The position numbers and the translations under genes are program-made. Below are positions 1-13,656 of a stretch of DNA of 64,000 nucleotides, one piece after another (positions within the stretch are counted from its first letter, which is position 1; each line of letters opens with the position of its first letter). Source of the stretch: Eledone cirrhosa (lineage: Eukaryota); assembly GCA_964016885.1 (NCBI GenBank), contig OZ024765.1, positions 13,082,001-13,146,000 of the forward strand, read 5' to 3'. The notes below the pieces were generated by a model that was given only the letters and a program-made list of their open reading frames with translations, was not told where the DNA came from and searched no databases.

Positions 1-602
1 GTATGAGTAAGACGTAGTCACCTGACCCAACTTACTTCAAATGGGACGACTCGTCTAACCCTTGCTAGCGTGGAAAATTGACATTAAACGATGATGATGA
101 TCTATATATATATATGTATACATGCAGTTGAACATCGTTCCCACATGAAATATTGAAAGAGACATAGAGTGAAAGACAGATAGATATCACCATAGTAACA
201 AACTACACTCTAAGCTTGTTGCTGGCTTGTGTGTTCGTTACTCAAGATACCGTTCATGAACCAAGGCATTTTATATTGAAAGTAATTGATCGTGAACAAA
301 TTTGTTTGTGATGAGAGGCATTCATGAACCAAGGTGCCACTATCATCATCATCATTTTACGTCTGCTTTTCCCTGCTTGCAAGGGTGTGACGGGAACTGA
401 TTCTGGCTTGATTTCTACAGCTGGATGCCCTTCCTAACACCAATCACGTTTACTGTGTGGACTGGGAGCCTTTTACCGTGTCTCCTACACGACCTCCTTA
501 CAGTGTGGACTGTTGTTATACTTTGGAGGGGTCATACTGCCAATAAAAACACATGCATCTGTTGGTTTTCACAAATTCAAAAACCATATATATATATATA
601 TA

Positions 603-865
603 TAGTAATAATAATACATTTGAAGACTAAAATCCAAAGAGGGCTCGATAAGGATAAATATATATCAAATATATAAGAACCGTAGAGCAAATATTTATTA
701 AAATAACAGATTAAAGTTTAAGCAAAGAATCGCTGCTTTCACCCTTAATGGGATCTTCTGTTATTTTAATAAATATATATATATATATAAATATATATAT
801 ACATATATATATACATATATATACATATATATATACATATATATATATACATATCTCTCTCTCTA

Positions 866-897
<32 letters not shown>

Positions 898-899
898 CG

Positions 900-965
<66 letters not shown>

Positions 966-1070
966 ATAAGTTACAGAACATCCCATAATAGGGTAAAAGT
1001 AGCAATTCTTAAACTTTCATCTGTACTAATTATAAATATTTGCTCTACGGGTTTATATATACTTTCTCAT
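603..1070. mobile_element. (TA)n-embedded fold-back module, family A (putative Penelope-like terminal fragment)
   Basis: TATTTATTAAAATAACAGA (~691-710) is inverted at ~757-776. 965-1060 is a diverged inverted copy of ~675-762. The same start AGTAATAATAAT.ATTTGAAGACTAAAATC recurs at ~14148. All pieces are bounded by (TA)n. Confidence 0.5.
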
Positions 1071-1087
1071 TATATATATATATATAT

Positions 1088-1263
1088 AACGAAGGAAATG
1101 TGGTAAAGAACCAGATGGACCATAACGCACCAAAGTACTCAATACTTAGGGTAGTAGAGTGGGTAATAGGAACGAGTAGGACCCCGACGGCAGAGCTCAA
1201 GCCGTTTCGACGGCTAATTCTGGATAGAGTCCAGAATTAGCCGTTGAAACGGCTTGAGCTCAG
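1088..1263. mobile_element. (TA)n-embedded fold-back module, family B (six copies in window)
   Basis: Starts TAACGAAGGAAATGTGGTAA right after (TA)n and ends in the palindrome GAGCTCAAGCCGTTTCGACGGCTAATTCTGGA-taga g-TCCAGAATTAGCCGTTGAAACGGCTTGAGCTC. Other copies at ~5059-5190, 5926-6040, 36152-36330, 49677-49842, 62495-62690. Confidence 0.6.
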
Positions 1264-1366
1264 TTCCTAATGCAATGAAATATCTATGATCGTCGGCAAA
1301 TCACTGATGAGGGACTTATTTTATTACATGTTATCCATGTGCAACCTGCAGTATTCTTCTCCCCAT

Positions 1367-1404
<38 letters not shown>

Positions 1405-1450
1405 TATTGAGTCCTCTTCGGATTTTGGTCCTCATATTTAATATTAGTAT

Positions 1451-1518
<68 letters not shown>

Positions 1519-1545
1519 GAAGAAATCTATGTTGGAAGAGAGCCT

Positions 1546-1763
1546 ATTTAGTACAACCAAAGTTTCATACATGTGACCATTGGTTTTGGGGTCCCATCAT
1601 GGCTACCACTCTATATTGGAGGAGGCACTTTTAAACCGGCCCTTCATTCAGGCACGTGGACAAAAAATATTTTTGTTCAAGGGCCTGAATGAAGGGCCAT
1701 AACTAGACCCAGGAACCAATGGTAGCACATACATGTTAAGTACATGAAACATTGTTTATACTA
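1546..1763. mobile_element. Palindromic MITE-like element
   Basis: Nested inverted segments GTACAACCAAAGTTTCAT/ATGAAACATTGTTTATAC, ACCATTGGTT/AACCAATGGT and GGCCCTTCATTCAGGC/GCCTGAATGAAGGGCC, with TA at both ends. Confidence 0.45.
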
Positions 1764-2412
1764 TACATATATATATATAGCGGCGATGAATTAGTTTAGC
1801 GAGGTTATTTTTGACCGTCGGTCAGTCAATGGCAACATTGAGGACCGAGTGTAAGTTAGATCGCAGATATAAAAGACAGCGAGAAGCGAAAACCAACCAA
1901 ACAGTGAGTGTGTTCTGTTATTAATTCTGGCAATATTACGCAAATATGACCCTCCCCAAGTATTTTGTTTTCTTTAATTTTTTCTTTCTATCTTGTCTTT
2001 CTAATTTATCGTTACTATATTTCTATAAATATATCGTAATAGATACTTTTCTTTTATTTATTATACTCTCTTTATCTCCTTTCTTTCCGCATCTAAGTGT
2101 ACGAGTGTCCAGGCGTTTTTATGCGCGCGACTTTATTTTCTTATTTTTACGAAGTAACCATTTCCGTCTGTATAATACAGACATATAGATACATTTGCCC
2201 TAAATTTTTATAATTACGCACACTTTCTAACCATACATTTACACGTGCACATATACATATATGCACATCTATGAGCGTATATACATACATATACACACAC
2301 CTAACTATTTTTCTTGATAGATTTTTATATATTTCAATTTCTATTTCATTTATCTATATATTTTTTTTTGATTTTCTTGATGTGTTTTTCTAAGTATTTG
2401 CCCATGTTTTAT

Positions 2413-2490
2413 ATTGCCTCGTCTGACGAACGAATGAAGTCGTTTATTTCGTATTCACCTCATTCGGGAAACCTCTGGTAATGAGGTAAT
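2413..2490 (+). ncRNA. Type I hammerhead ribozyme
   Basis: Stem I ATTGCCTCGT/ATGAGGTAAT (10 bp including GU pairs), core CTGACGA (2423-2429), stem II CGAATGA/TCATTCG, GAAA (2468-2471), stem III ACC/GGT, GUA triplet with predicted cut after 2480. Confidence 0.8.
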
Positions 2491-2589
2491 TATATTGTAT
2501 TGATTTTATACATTAAATTTTGCTCTGATATTTACATAGAGCACTCTTCATTTCTATGACCTTTTCTGTTTCCAACTGAAATTTCAATA

Positions 2590-2624
<35 letters not shown>

Positions 2625-2935
2625 CATGTTCACATGATGCCATATATACAATTATATACAGTAGTACATATTAGCATTATAGTGAATCTAAATAACATAC
2701 CTACCACCAATCCTAATTCTTAAACATTATTAAGTATAAGATACAGGCTGTTTTGTTGCTATTTTTTCAGTGTTGTTTGCTTTGTTTCGTTTTACTGCTC
2801 ACTACATTCCTCACAACTGTTTGTTTTGTTAGGTATAACAGCAAACCTACACCAACGCTATTTACTTTCATTGAGCTCCCAGTCTTTTTCCTGGTAGCTA
2901 TCTTGTTTAAATGACTTCACTACCATTTCATTCAT

Positions 2936-3606
2936 TGGTTGGTTGGTTAGCTGGCTGGTTAGCTGGTTGGTTGGCTGGATGACTGGGTGGTTGGCTGGTT
3001 GGTTGGTTGGTTGGTTGGTTAGCTGTTTGGTTGGTTGACTAGTTGGTTGGTTGGTTGGCTGGCTGGCTGGCTGGTTGGTTGGTTGGCTGATTGATTGGTT
3101 GGCTAGATGACTGGGTGGTTGGCTGGTTGGTTGGTTAGCTGTTTGGTTGGTTGGTTGGTTGACTAGTTGGTTGGTTGGTTGGCTGGCTGGTTGGCTGGCT
3201 GGTTGGTTAGCTGGCTGGTTAGCTGGCTGGTTAGCTGGTTGGTTGGTTGGCTGATTGATTGGTTGGCTGGATGACTGGGTGGCTGGATGACTGGGTGGTT
3301 GGCTGGTTGGTTTGTTAGCTGGTTGGTTGGCTGGCTGGCTGGTTGGTTGACTGGCTGGTTGGTTGGTTGGCTGGCTGGTTGGTTGGTTAGCTGGCTGGCT
3401 GGTTGGTTAGCTGGCTTGTAGGCTGGTTGGCTTGTTGCTTGGTTGGCTAACTGGTTGGCTGGCTGGTTGGTTGTTTCGTTGGTTGGCTGGCTGGTTGACT
3501 GGGTGGTTGGTTAGTTGTTTCGTTGGTTGGCTGTATGGTTTGTTGACTGGGTGGTTGGTTGGGTGGTTGGTTGATTTGTTTGTTGTTTGGCTGGCTGGTT
3601 GGCTGG
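2936..3606. repeat. (GGTT/GGCT)n degenerate tetranucleotide microsatellite
   Basis: Visible directly. Confidence 0.95.
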
Positions 3607-3967
3607 TGATGTCATAGTAGTGCTGGTGGTGGTGTTGATGATGATGATGATGTCATGGTGGTGTTGACAACTCTATATTCTGTTGATGGGGTCAAGGTGA
3701 ATCAATTAACACAAAATAATAATAACCACCACTCCCTACCTACCACCACTACAACTACCACCACCACCACCACCACCAAAAACCACTGCTGCTACAACCA
3801 CCACCAACAACCCCATCACCAACAACACCACCACCAACAACACCACCACCAACAACACCACCACCACCACCAACACCACCACCATCACTACTACTATAAT
3901 CACCATCTCCACTTCCTCTCCGTCTCACACGATTATAAATACATATATATATATACACATACATTTC

Positions 3968-3998
<31 letters not shown>

Positions 3999-4073
3999 TA
4001 CATATGCATATATATATATGCATATACATAGATATATAGATATATATATATGCATACACATATATACATATGC

Positions 4074-4136
<63 letters not shown>

Positions 4137-4289
4137 TATATATGTATATATATATATATATATGCATATATATGTATATATATATATACATATGCATATA
4201 TATATACATATGCATATATATATATATATATATATACATATGCATATATATATATATATGCATATATATATATATGCATATATATATGT

Positions 4290-4327
4290 ATACGTACATA
4301 CATATATGTATACAGACGTACAGTAGC

Positions 4328-4364
<37 letters not shown>

Positions 4365-5012
4365 CAGGCACACATATATATATGCACGTATCAGTTTACC
4401 GAACATTTATTATAATGCTCAGTTTGTTCGTTTGTAAACAAACAAACAGCCTGAATTACGCCGTACAGTGTTTAGGCAACCACGTCACCTTTTTGTTCAA
4501 CACTGACACAGGAACGATGTACTAGTTTCAAGCTTATTAGCTATCGTCAGCACCGTATACCTTTCTGCCAGATGGTTGAACGTCCGAAAGTATATACTTT
4601 CCTTATTAAAATTAACGGCTGAGCAGCCTAATTTGCATATCGAGTGAGTTCAGTCAGCCAGGCGCACCGAAAACGATAAATGGAATAGAATGAAACGAAA
4701 TTTCATTTCTCACTCTTAGTACGGCCCTTACTTAAATGTAAGTATGTATATATACGTACATACACATATGTATACAGACGTACAGTAGCATGTATATATT
4801 TTTGTTCAACACTGACACAGGAATAAATGTTCGGTAATAAATGTTCGGTAAACTGATACGTGCATATATATATGTGTGCCTGTATGTATATATATACATG
4901 CTACTGTACGTCTGTATACATATATGTATGTACGTATACATACATACTTACATTTAAGTAAGGGCCGTACTAAGAGTGAGAAATGAAATTTTGTTTCATT
5001 CTATTCCATTTA
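4290..5012. mobile_element. Penelope-like terminal-repeat remnant with a direct plus inverted duplication
   Basis: TACGTACATAC..ATGTATACAGACGTACAGTAGCATG occurs at ~4290 and ~4752 (direct). 4677-4795 is inverted at 4897-5012, and 4355-4410 is inverted at 4835-4890. Contains the hammerhead at 4514-4556 and is flanked by (TA)n. Confidence 0.65.
4514..4556 (-). ncRNA. Minimal type I hammerhead ribozyme with palindromic stem III
   Basis: Minus strand reads ACGGTG-CTGACGA-t-AGCT-aata-AGCT-t-GAAA-CTAG-TA-CATCGT. Stem I is 6 bp and stem II 4 bp. The ACTAGT palindrome is typical of dimer-forming Penelope hammerheads. Confidence 0.8.
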
Positions 5013-5298
5013 TACATATATATATATATATGCATATAAATATATATATATATGTATATAACAAAGGAATTGTGGTAAGGGACCAGATGGACCATAATGC
5101 ACCAGAGTACTTAGGGTAGTAGAGTGGGAAATAGGAAAAAGTATGACCCCGACGGCAGAGCTCAAGCCGTTTCGACGGCTATTTCTGGACTACATGTATG
5201 TATATATATATATACACACACACATATGCATATATATATATATATATATATAAGATGGTGTAGGACAGAACAAAGGAGAGGCACAAAATAAAAACCCA

Positions 5299-5341
5299 GT
5301 CACTGAAGAGGTCACAGAATGTGTGATGAAAGAGCTTTGAC
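5299..5341 (+). ncRNA. Minimal type I hammerhead ribozyme
   Basis: GTCA-CTGAAGA-g-GTCACA-gaatg-TGTGAT-GAAA-GAGC-TT-TGAC, inside a (TA)n-bounded module spanning ~5252-5462. Confidence 0.7.
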
Positions 5342-5460
5342 AATATATAAACAAACATCCGATTATTGAACCAACTAAACTACCAACTAGAAATTTATAA
5401 TAAATTGAAGTGAAGACCAACAGGTGCGTGTGATTTTATTGGCAGCATGACCCTCCCAAA

Positions 5461-5517
<57 letters not shown>

Positions 5518-5832
5518 AAAACTTGTGATGTGATGACGTCATTTTGGTGAACTTTATTGGTCTGTATTTAGATGTAGAGTCGCTGGGGGAAATATTTCAA
5601 TGCGATAATCTTGTCAAAATGTCGCTTTTATATTTTCAGCAGATTTATTGTAATACTAGTGTGCCCGTGTCGTCAAAATTGACGGTAGTTTAATTTTGAG
5701 TGAGTCAAGAATTGACGGCAATAATGTTGAACATATTTAATTTTATGCCATATATGCCAGGATTACTGCTTGTGTATATGAGAAAACATACAAACTGGGA
5801 AATTTGCGTTTTGATAAATTTATTTTTATTTC

Positions 5833-5927
<95 letters not shown>

Positions 5928-6062
5928 AACCAGTAAGACCCCGACGGCTGAGCTCAAGCCGTTTCGACGGCTAATTCAGGACATCCTGTACTTTGGTGCG
6001 TTATGGTCCACCTGGTTCCATACCACATTTCCTTCGTTATATATATATATATATATATATGT

Positions 6063-6405
6063 GGAGGCACATGGCTTAGTGGTTAGAGCATTGGCCTTGC
6101 AATCGAAAGGTTGTGAGTTCAATTCTCAGACCGGGTGATGTGTTGTTTCCTTGAGCAAGACACTTTATTTCACATTACTCCAGTTTACTCAGCTGTAAAA
6201 ATGAGATGATAGGGACTGGGGTCCATATCATTCCACTGCAAAGTGGTCGTGAAGGTGCCACGGCAAAAAAGCACCCAGCACTCACTGTAAATGAGGTTGG
6301 TGTTACGAAGGGCATCCAGCTGTAGAAATCGAGCCAGAATCAGTTTCCGTCCCACCCTTGCAAGCAGGGAAAAAGCGGACGTAAAATGAAATGATGAAAT
6401 GATGA
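6063..6405 (+). mobile_element. tRNA-headed SINE family 1 (~335 bp) with RTE-type 3' tail
   Basis: A box TGGCTTAGTGG, B box GAGTTCAATTC, body CCTTGAGCAAGACACTTT, tail CCCTTGCAAGCAGGGAAAAAGCGGACGTAAAATG(ATG)n. Many near-identical copies in the window. Confidence 0.9.
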
Positions 6406-6857
6406 TATATATCATCATCATCACCGTTTTACATCCATTCTTCCATGCTAGCATGGGTTAGACAAGTCGTCCTGTTGTGGGCAATGCCAGGTTGGGTCAC
6501 CGTGCTTTGCTCATACAGAGCTGATTATGGCTCGGTTTCTACAGCTGGATGCACTTACTAACACCAACCTCATTTACAGTGAGTACTGGGTGCTTTTTAC
6601 CTTAGCGCCTACACACCACTTTACTGTAGGAAGGGGCGGGGGCATACTGACTGTGTGTGTGTGTATTCATGAGCACCCACTTTGAGAACCTCTGCTGTAT
6701 ATATTCCGGGTATTTAAGTTTTGGTTTCAAATCCTACTCGGGTCAACTTTACCTTTCATGCTTACGCTGGTCAATGAAGTGAAGTAGATGTCATACATTG
6801 GAGCTGATTTAACTGATTGTAGTGACCTCTATCCCCAAATTCTTGTGTTGTGTCTGA

Positions 6858-8062
6858 GGATTGGCAGAATTGGTAGAGCGTCACACAAAATGCTTTGTAG
6901 CATTGAATCACGGTCCTTTACGTTCTGAGTTCAAATTCCACTGAGGTTAAAATAAAGTACCAGTCAAGTACTGGGTTTCATTTAATTAACTCACTTCAAA
7001 TTGTTGGCCTTGTGCCAAAAGTAGAAACAAATTATTATTATTGTTATGGGTTCGCAGAATCTGTAGAGCGTCGGATACCATACTCCGCGGCATATGTTTA
7101 CGGTCTTTTATGTATCTATCTATGTATCTATCCACTTCGGAAGAAGGATCAGGATGGAGAGAGAAGTGCTTGGCCCCAGACAGTTTTATGAAAGGTGGGT
7201 GAAAGAAGCGAGAATGGCCCGTGTAAATGGGCCTTCTCTCTACATTGTTCTGTAGGTGAAGAAGTGAAGAGGAAAGGGGGAGCGCCTCCTCTCTGGGCTT
7301 CCCCCGCGAAAAGAGTTGCACACTTTTCGGGGGTATGTGCAATCCCCAACACGCCCCCTCCCTTTTGAGGACTTTTTATTGTTATATTATTATTGTTATT
7401 CCTTTTTTCTTTACTCGATTTATGTAAACTCCCCCCTGTGTAAATGTCCCCTTCTTTTGTGCCCTCGTGGCAAATAAATAGAAATTTATCTATGTATGTA
7501 TGTGTGTGTGTGTGTGTGAATGTATGTGTGTATGTATGCAAGAGAGAGAGAATGATAGAGATTTTAAAAAAAATAGAAAGTAGTACTCAATACATATTAT
7601 GATGTGTAGTGATTGTTTATATTATTTGAATCGATATCCTATGACTCACATCATCTATGTTGCCCTTATATGCAGCATAGAGTTACGGCCCTTTATGATC
7701 TGCGTTCAAACCCCATTGAGGTTGACTTTGCCTTTCATCCTTACTGGGTCGATAAAATAAAGTACCAGTAATGCAATGGTGTCGACTGTTCCCTCCCTTT
7801 TAAATTGCTGGCCTTGTGCCTAAAGTAGAAACAATTATTATGGGTTGGCATAATCGGTAGAGCTTCGGACAACATGCTTTACAACATATAATTATAGCTC
7901 TTTGTTCTGGGTTCAAGTATTTTCGACGTTAGTTGTGCCTTTCATCATTATGAGGTCAATAAAATAAAGTACCAGTAATGCACTGGTGTCAGTTCAATTG
8001 ACTTTCCTCCTTTCCTTTCAAATTGCTGGCCTTGTGCCTAAAGTAGAAACAATTATTATTAT
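6858..8062 (+). mobile_element. Cluster of tandem, decayed SINE family 2 copies (Nin-domain-like)
   Basis: Repeated GAATTGGTAGAGC...GAGTTCAAATCC..GAGGTTGACTTTGCCTTTCATCC..GGTCGATAAAATAAAGTACCAGT..TTGCTGGCCTTGTGCCTAAAGTAGAAACAATT units at ~6860-7040, 7670-7840 and 7845-8060. Confidence 0.75.
7133..7490 (+). mobile_element. 3' end of a Tx1/L1-like LINE inserted in (TATC)n
   Basis: Frame HFGRRIRMEREVLGPRQFYERWVKEARMARVNGPSLYIVL*, then a 3' UTR ending TGTGCCCTCGTGGCAAATAAATAGAAAT. TATCTATGTAT lies on both flanks. Related copies at ~24305-24620, 48865-48915 and 50915-50995(-). Clade assignment is from recollection of such C-termini. Confidence 0.6.
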
Positions 8063-8368
8063 TTCTTTGGTCGGAGATACATTTTTTAAAAATTACCATT
8101 CCAGAATTCCATTGGGAAACAGGTCTTTTCGTCAGACAAAATATCTTGAATAACTTGCGACATTGTGTGTGTGTGTGTGTGTGTGTGTGTGCATGTATGT
8201 ATGTGTGTGCGTGCGTGTGTGTGTGCATGTGTATGCATGGGGGATGGTCAGAATTTGTATATGTGTCATTGACAATATGCGACAATATGCGTGTGTATTG
8301 GTCGGTACGAGCATGTGTATATGTATATACATACATATATATGTATGTATATACATATATATATATAT

Positions 8369-8401
<33 letters not shown>

Positions 8402-8624
8402 GTTTAACGTCCATCTTCCATGCTAGCATGGGTTGGAGGGTGTCCCCCAAAAATATATATACATTTCAACAGCATTTTAATAAATATGTGTATACACTTT
8501 TGGGACACCCTGTATATATATACACATATACATATATATGTGTGTATATATATATATATATGAATGTATGTGTGTGTGTATATATATACATACATACATA
8601 CATACATACATTTTGTTTTTACGT

Positions 8625-8885
8625 CCGCTTTTTCCCTGCTTGCAAGGGTGGGGCGGGAACTGATGCTGGCTTGATTTCTACAGCTGGATGCCCTTCCTAA
8701 CACCAACCTCATTTACAGTGAGTGGTGGGTGCTTTTTTGCCGTGGCACCCCCACGACCACTTTACAGTGGAATGATATGGACCCCAGTCCCTATCATCTC
8801 ATTTCTACAGCTGAGTAAACTGGAGCAATGTGAAATAAAGTGTCTTGCTCAAGGAAACAACACATCACCCGGTCTGAGAATTGAA
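8625..8885 (-). mobile_element. SINE family 1, lacking the 5' tip
   Basis: Reverse complement of 6120-6390. Confidence 0.85.
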
Positions 8886-8894
8886 GACCGGGTG

Positions 8895-8927
<33 letters not shown>

Positions 8928-8935
8928 AATGTATT

Positions 8936-8968
<33 letters not shown>

Positions 8969-9052
8969 GTAGCAACAAGGGTGGTGCCCCAGCATGGTCT
9001 CAGCCGGCTGGCTGGAACAGGTAAAAGAGTAAAAGAGTAAAATATATATAAA

Positions 9053-9226
<174 letters not shown>

Positions 9227-9877
9227 ATATGTCTATCTACTACAGTATTACTTTACTGTCGATCTAGTTTTATATACCTTTTCAAAAAGCATTTACAAAT
9301 CGAAACAAGCTGGAGTTTCTTCAGACTTCAGAACTGAGAGCTGGCCTGGAATTTCTGCAACTATTAAACATAAACAGAAGCAGCTTCTGGTGCTGAGTTA
9401 CACTTAATCTTATTCGGTAGACTTGCAGTGTTTGATTTCTGCCAGAGATTGCATTTTCATTTCCAAATGTAATGTAAGCGCAGCTAACGTTGCATATGTG
9501 CATGGTTAGGTGCATGTGTGTCTGTGTGTGAGTGTGTATGTTTACGATATGTGATATGGTTGACGTACACCCATGGTACACGATGTGAATGGTACCTCTA
9601 CCCCCCCCCCCCACACACACACATGTCGATGTACCCACCCAGGTTCATGTAGGGAGGTGTTGGGTTATGTTACAGTGTGGGGGTACAAAATCTGGCTACA
9701 TGCACCTTCGATAGTCCTGTAGAAGCTATTTCTATATTAAACATTGTATATTGTATATACTCTACTATGTGTTGAGTACCTTACTTACTGTGGTTACCTC
9801 CGATTGAACCTGGGATACACACATACACACACACACACACACACATATCAAAAACCTCGCAAAACTAATTCATCGCC

Positions 9878-9985
<108 letters not shown>

Positions 9986-9986
9986 C

Positions 9987-10052
<66 letters not shown>

Positions 10053-10420
10053 GGGCGGCGAATTGGCAGTATCGGTAGAGGGTCGGACGCCATGCTTTCC
10101 AGCATAGTTACGTCCCTTTACGATCTGAGTTCAAATCCCGCCGAGGTTGACTTTGCCTTTCATCCTTACGGGGGTCGATAAAATAAAGTACCAGTAATGC
10201 GCTGGTGAATTGCTGGCCTTGTGCCTAAAGTAGAAACAATTATATATATATATATATATAAATAAATAAAGTACCAGTATATATATATATATAAATAAAT
10301 AAAGTACCAGTATATATATATATATAAATAAATAAAGTACCAGTATATATATATATATATATAAATAAAGTACCAGTAATGCACTGGGTAATTGCTGGCC
10401 TTGTGCCTAAAGTAGAAACA
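10053..10420 (+). mobile_element. SINE family 2 with a stuttered, reduplicated 3' tail
   Basis: Full copy at 10053-10242, followed by four AAATAAAGTACCAGTA-(TA)n units and a second 3' end. Confidence 0.85.
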
Positions 10421-10624
10421 GTTATATATATATAGAGAGAGAGAGAATTCACAAGAATCAAAGCTATGTTCAAAGCATTTATTTTGATTTTGTGAATTCT
10501 ATATAACTGCTCTGTAGAACAACTGATGTTATTACATTGAGCTATTTCCCTTACTGGTAATAAGGTAGTAATATATTACTGACCTTCCCTGTTTATAGTT
10601 TAAAATATACATAACTATAAATAG

Positions 10625-11450
10625 TGTCAAGAAGGCCGAGGGTGTCTTGGCATCACTCAGCAAGACCTTTGTTAGCCGCTCTCCAGCCATCTATTTAAAA
10701 CTGTATACAGCTATGGTACGACCACACTTGGAATTCGCATCATCAGTCTGGAACCCCTATCTTGCTCAGAACATTGACCTCCTGGAAACTGTTCAGAGAC
10801 GTGCAACCAAGCGCATACCCTCCATCAAACACCTACCATACTCTGAATGCCTTGCTTCCTTGGGCATGGACTCATTGAAGCTCCGACGTCTGGCAATGGA
10901 CTTGGTGAATACCCACAAAGTTTTTAACCATCTCGCCAACTGCAACCCTGAGCACCTCTTTGATCTCCATGTGTCTAACACACGTGGACATGCCTACAAG
11001 ATCAGAAAACAGCACAGCTCCCATGGCTTTCGCAGACATTTTTTCACACTCAGAGTTGCTGAAGCATGGAACAAACTGCCTGCGTCAGTTGTTAGCTGCC
11101 AAGACACTGCATCCTTTAAGACACTCATGCTTCCCGAAATACGCCAAAACTACACCTGATGTACCCCTTCCATACACATGCACACATGTGTGTATCATGA
11201 CTCGTGCACTGTTCATTTTACTGATGTTTGTGCATTGCCCTATGTACTGTACATGCACTTTTTTGATGAGTTGTGGTGCACCTGGGCACTGTACACAATA
11301 TTTCATTATTGTTATTATTATTATATCATGACTCATACACTGTTCATTTTCCTGACATTTGTACATTATTCTAGGTACTATACATGCACCTTTGATGAGT
11401 TGTAGTGCACCTGAGCACTGTACACAATAATTTCATTATTATTATTATCC
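10625..11450 (+). mobile_element. CR1-clade LINE 3' fragment (RT C-terminus plus duplicated 3' UTR)
   Basis: ORF 10647-11159 LYTAMVRPHLEFASSVWNPY..ETVQRRATK..TRGH..FFTLRVAEAWNKLP. The terminal GAGTTGTxGTGCACCTGxGCACTGTACACAATA..(ATT)n occurs twice. Confidence 0.9.
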
Positions 11451-11614
11451 TTAATATTATATATATATATTTATGTGGCGGCCTAGTGGTAAGGGTGTAG
11501 GACTTACGATCATAATGCCGTGGATTCAAGTCTTGGGTTGTGTGTTGTGTTCTTGAGCAAAACACTTCATTTCATGTTGCTACAGTATACTCAGCTGAAA
11601 AGTCGCTCCGTGTG

Positions 11615-11645
<31 letters not shown>

Positions 11646-12187
11646 ATGTATATATACATACATATTTGTATGTGTATACACGCGTATGCAGATTTTATAC
11701 ACACACATGCGTGTATGTGACAGATGGGATGCATTATATTACCGTAAATTAGCAATGATAAATTAATAGATAAATGGTACAAATAAAGAATTTAAAAAAA
11801 ATGAAAACCTACTCATTAAAATGGCGGATAAAATCGTCTGCTTTCAGCAGAATTGTGAAACAGCAGATCACTGTACACGTGTGGAATTATTATCTACTTC
11901 AACCTCTTAATACCATCACTGTCACCATACATTGTAAAGATTGTAACTTGATACCCAGCCCAGCATACTTACCGAAAATATTTACACTATTAGAAATTAG
12001 AAATAATAATACATGCGTTTTCACCCATTTATCTGCAGACAAACGTGTGTAGGGTGTTACATTTTTTTATATCTTCAAATTTCAGGCATTAAATTATTTA
12101 ATGCCTGAAATTCAATGTAAAATTCACCAGATGACTAATTCAGAGATTTAAATAGAATATATAACACCACACAACACAATACTATGT

Positions 12188-12751
12188 TTAACCCATTAGT
12201 ATTTAAACGGCTGTATCCGGCTAGAATTTTCTCACCTCTATCTGTTCAAGCTGGCTGTAACTGGCCACTCTTTCTGATGTTAAAATAATAATAATAATAA
12301 TAATGAAATTATTGTGTAAAGTGCTCAGGTGCACTACAACTCGTCAATATAGTACATAGAATAATACACAAATGTCAGGGAAGTACATGTTTGTATGTGT
12401 TAGCTGATCTCGGGAAGCATGGAGGCCTTAAAGGATGCAGTGTCTCGACAGCTAACAACTGATGCAGGTAGTTTGTTCCATGCTTCAGCAACTCTGAGCG
12501 TGAAAAAATGTTTCCGAAAGTCATGGGAACTGTGCTGTTTTCTTACTTTGTGGGCATGTCCACATGTGTTAGACACATGGAAATCGAAAAGGCACTCAGG
12601 GTTGTTGTTGGCAACATGGTTAACAATGTTAAGGTATTGTTCTAAAAATAAATGATATCAAAATTTCATAGATTCGATATTATGTGAGATAAAGCCTTTA
12701 CCATGAAAATACAATAGTAAATATAGAGTAATGTAAAGGCTAAAGGGTTAA
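12188..12751 (+). mobile_element. piggyBac-like MITE interrupted by a CR1 fragment
   Basis: TTAA-CCCATTAG ... CTAAAGGG-TTAA termini. The body is collinear with the copies at 28680-29677 and 43043-44461. Confidence 0.75.
12285..12628 (-). mobile_element. CR1 3' fragment, near-identical to 20367-20710
   Basis: Reverse complement of the 20367-20710 segment with (TAA)n tail at ~12286-12303. ATGTTAA is duplicated at both junctions. Confidence 0.9.
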
Positions 12752-13322
12752 AGATATAAAAAGATATAACACCGTACACACATCCTTTATAATGATGAAT
12801 TCGGAAATCTTTTATACTAAATATAGTTTGTGTAGGCGCTGCTTAACTTACATACCCAGAGGCTATATTATGTGAGTGTGTATGCATGAACATATACATA
12901 CATGAGTATTTTGAGAACAATACCTAGACATCAGTATGAGCAGCCGATTACAGCCGGTTTGAACAGAAAGAGGTGAGAAAATTCTGGCTGGATATGGCCA
13001 GTTCAATAGTGGTGTATATGGAAGTGTTGTCACACATTTTGTCTTGCTGCTGAATCTCCCTGAGAAGTGTTCATGTGTTTGTGCAATGTTCAGTCGCTTC
13101 CAATCTGTTGTTTATTTGTGGCTTTTTCTTCTTGTTGATGATAATGGCCTCTCTTGAGGAGCTACATTATAATTATTTCTACTTTTGGCACAAGGCCAGC
13201 AATTATCCCAGTACATTACTGGTACTATCGGCCCTGTAAGTGTGTGAGGTCGGAATTTATCAAGTCGTCCCAGGTTTTTCTGGGCCTGCCTACTCTGTGG
13301 ATATATATATATATATATATAT

Positions 13323-13656
13323 GGAGGCACATGGCTTAGTGGTTAGAGCATTGGCCTTGCAATCGAAAGGTTCTGAGTTCAATTCTCAGACCGGGTGATG
13401 TGTTGTTTCCTTGAGCAAGACACTTTATTTCACATTGCTCCAGTTTACTCAGCTGTAGAAATGAGATGATAGGACTGGGGTCCATATCATTCCACTGTAA
13501 AGTAGTCGTGGAGGTGCCACAGCAAAAAAGCACCCAGCACTCACTGTAAATGAGGTTGGTGTTAGGAAGAGCATCCAGCTGTAGAAATCAAGCCAGAATC
13601 AGTTCCCGTCCCACCCTTGCAAGCAGGGAAAAGTGGACGTAAAATGAAATGATGAT
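13323..13656 (+). mobile_element. SINE family 1, full length
   Basis: Near-identical to 6063-6405 and preceded by (TA)n. Confidence 0.9.

Noticed and set aside
720-765. Hammerhead in family A (minus strand CAGAAGA-TCCC..GGGT-GAAA)
   Set aside because: U4 is replaced by A and no clear stem I or cleavage triplet forms. At best a decayed relic.
6063-6140. tRNA gene
   Set aside because: A and B boxes are present, but the sequence continues into a multi-copy SINE body with no acceptor stem or terminator.
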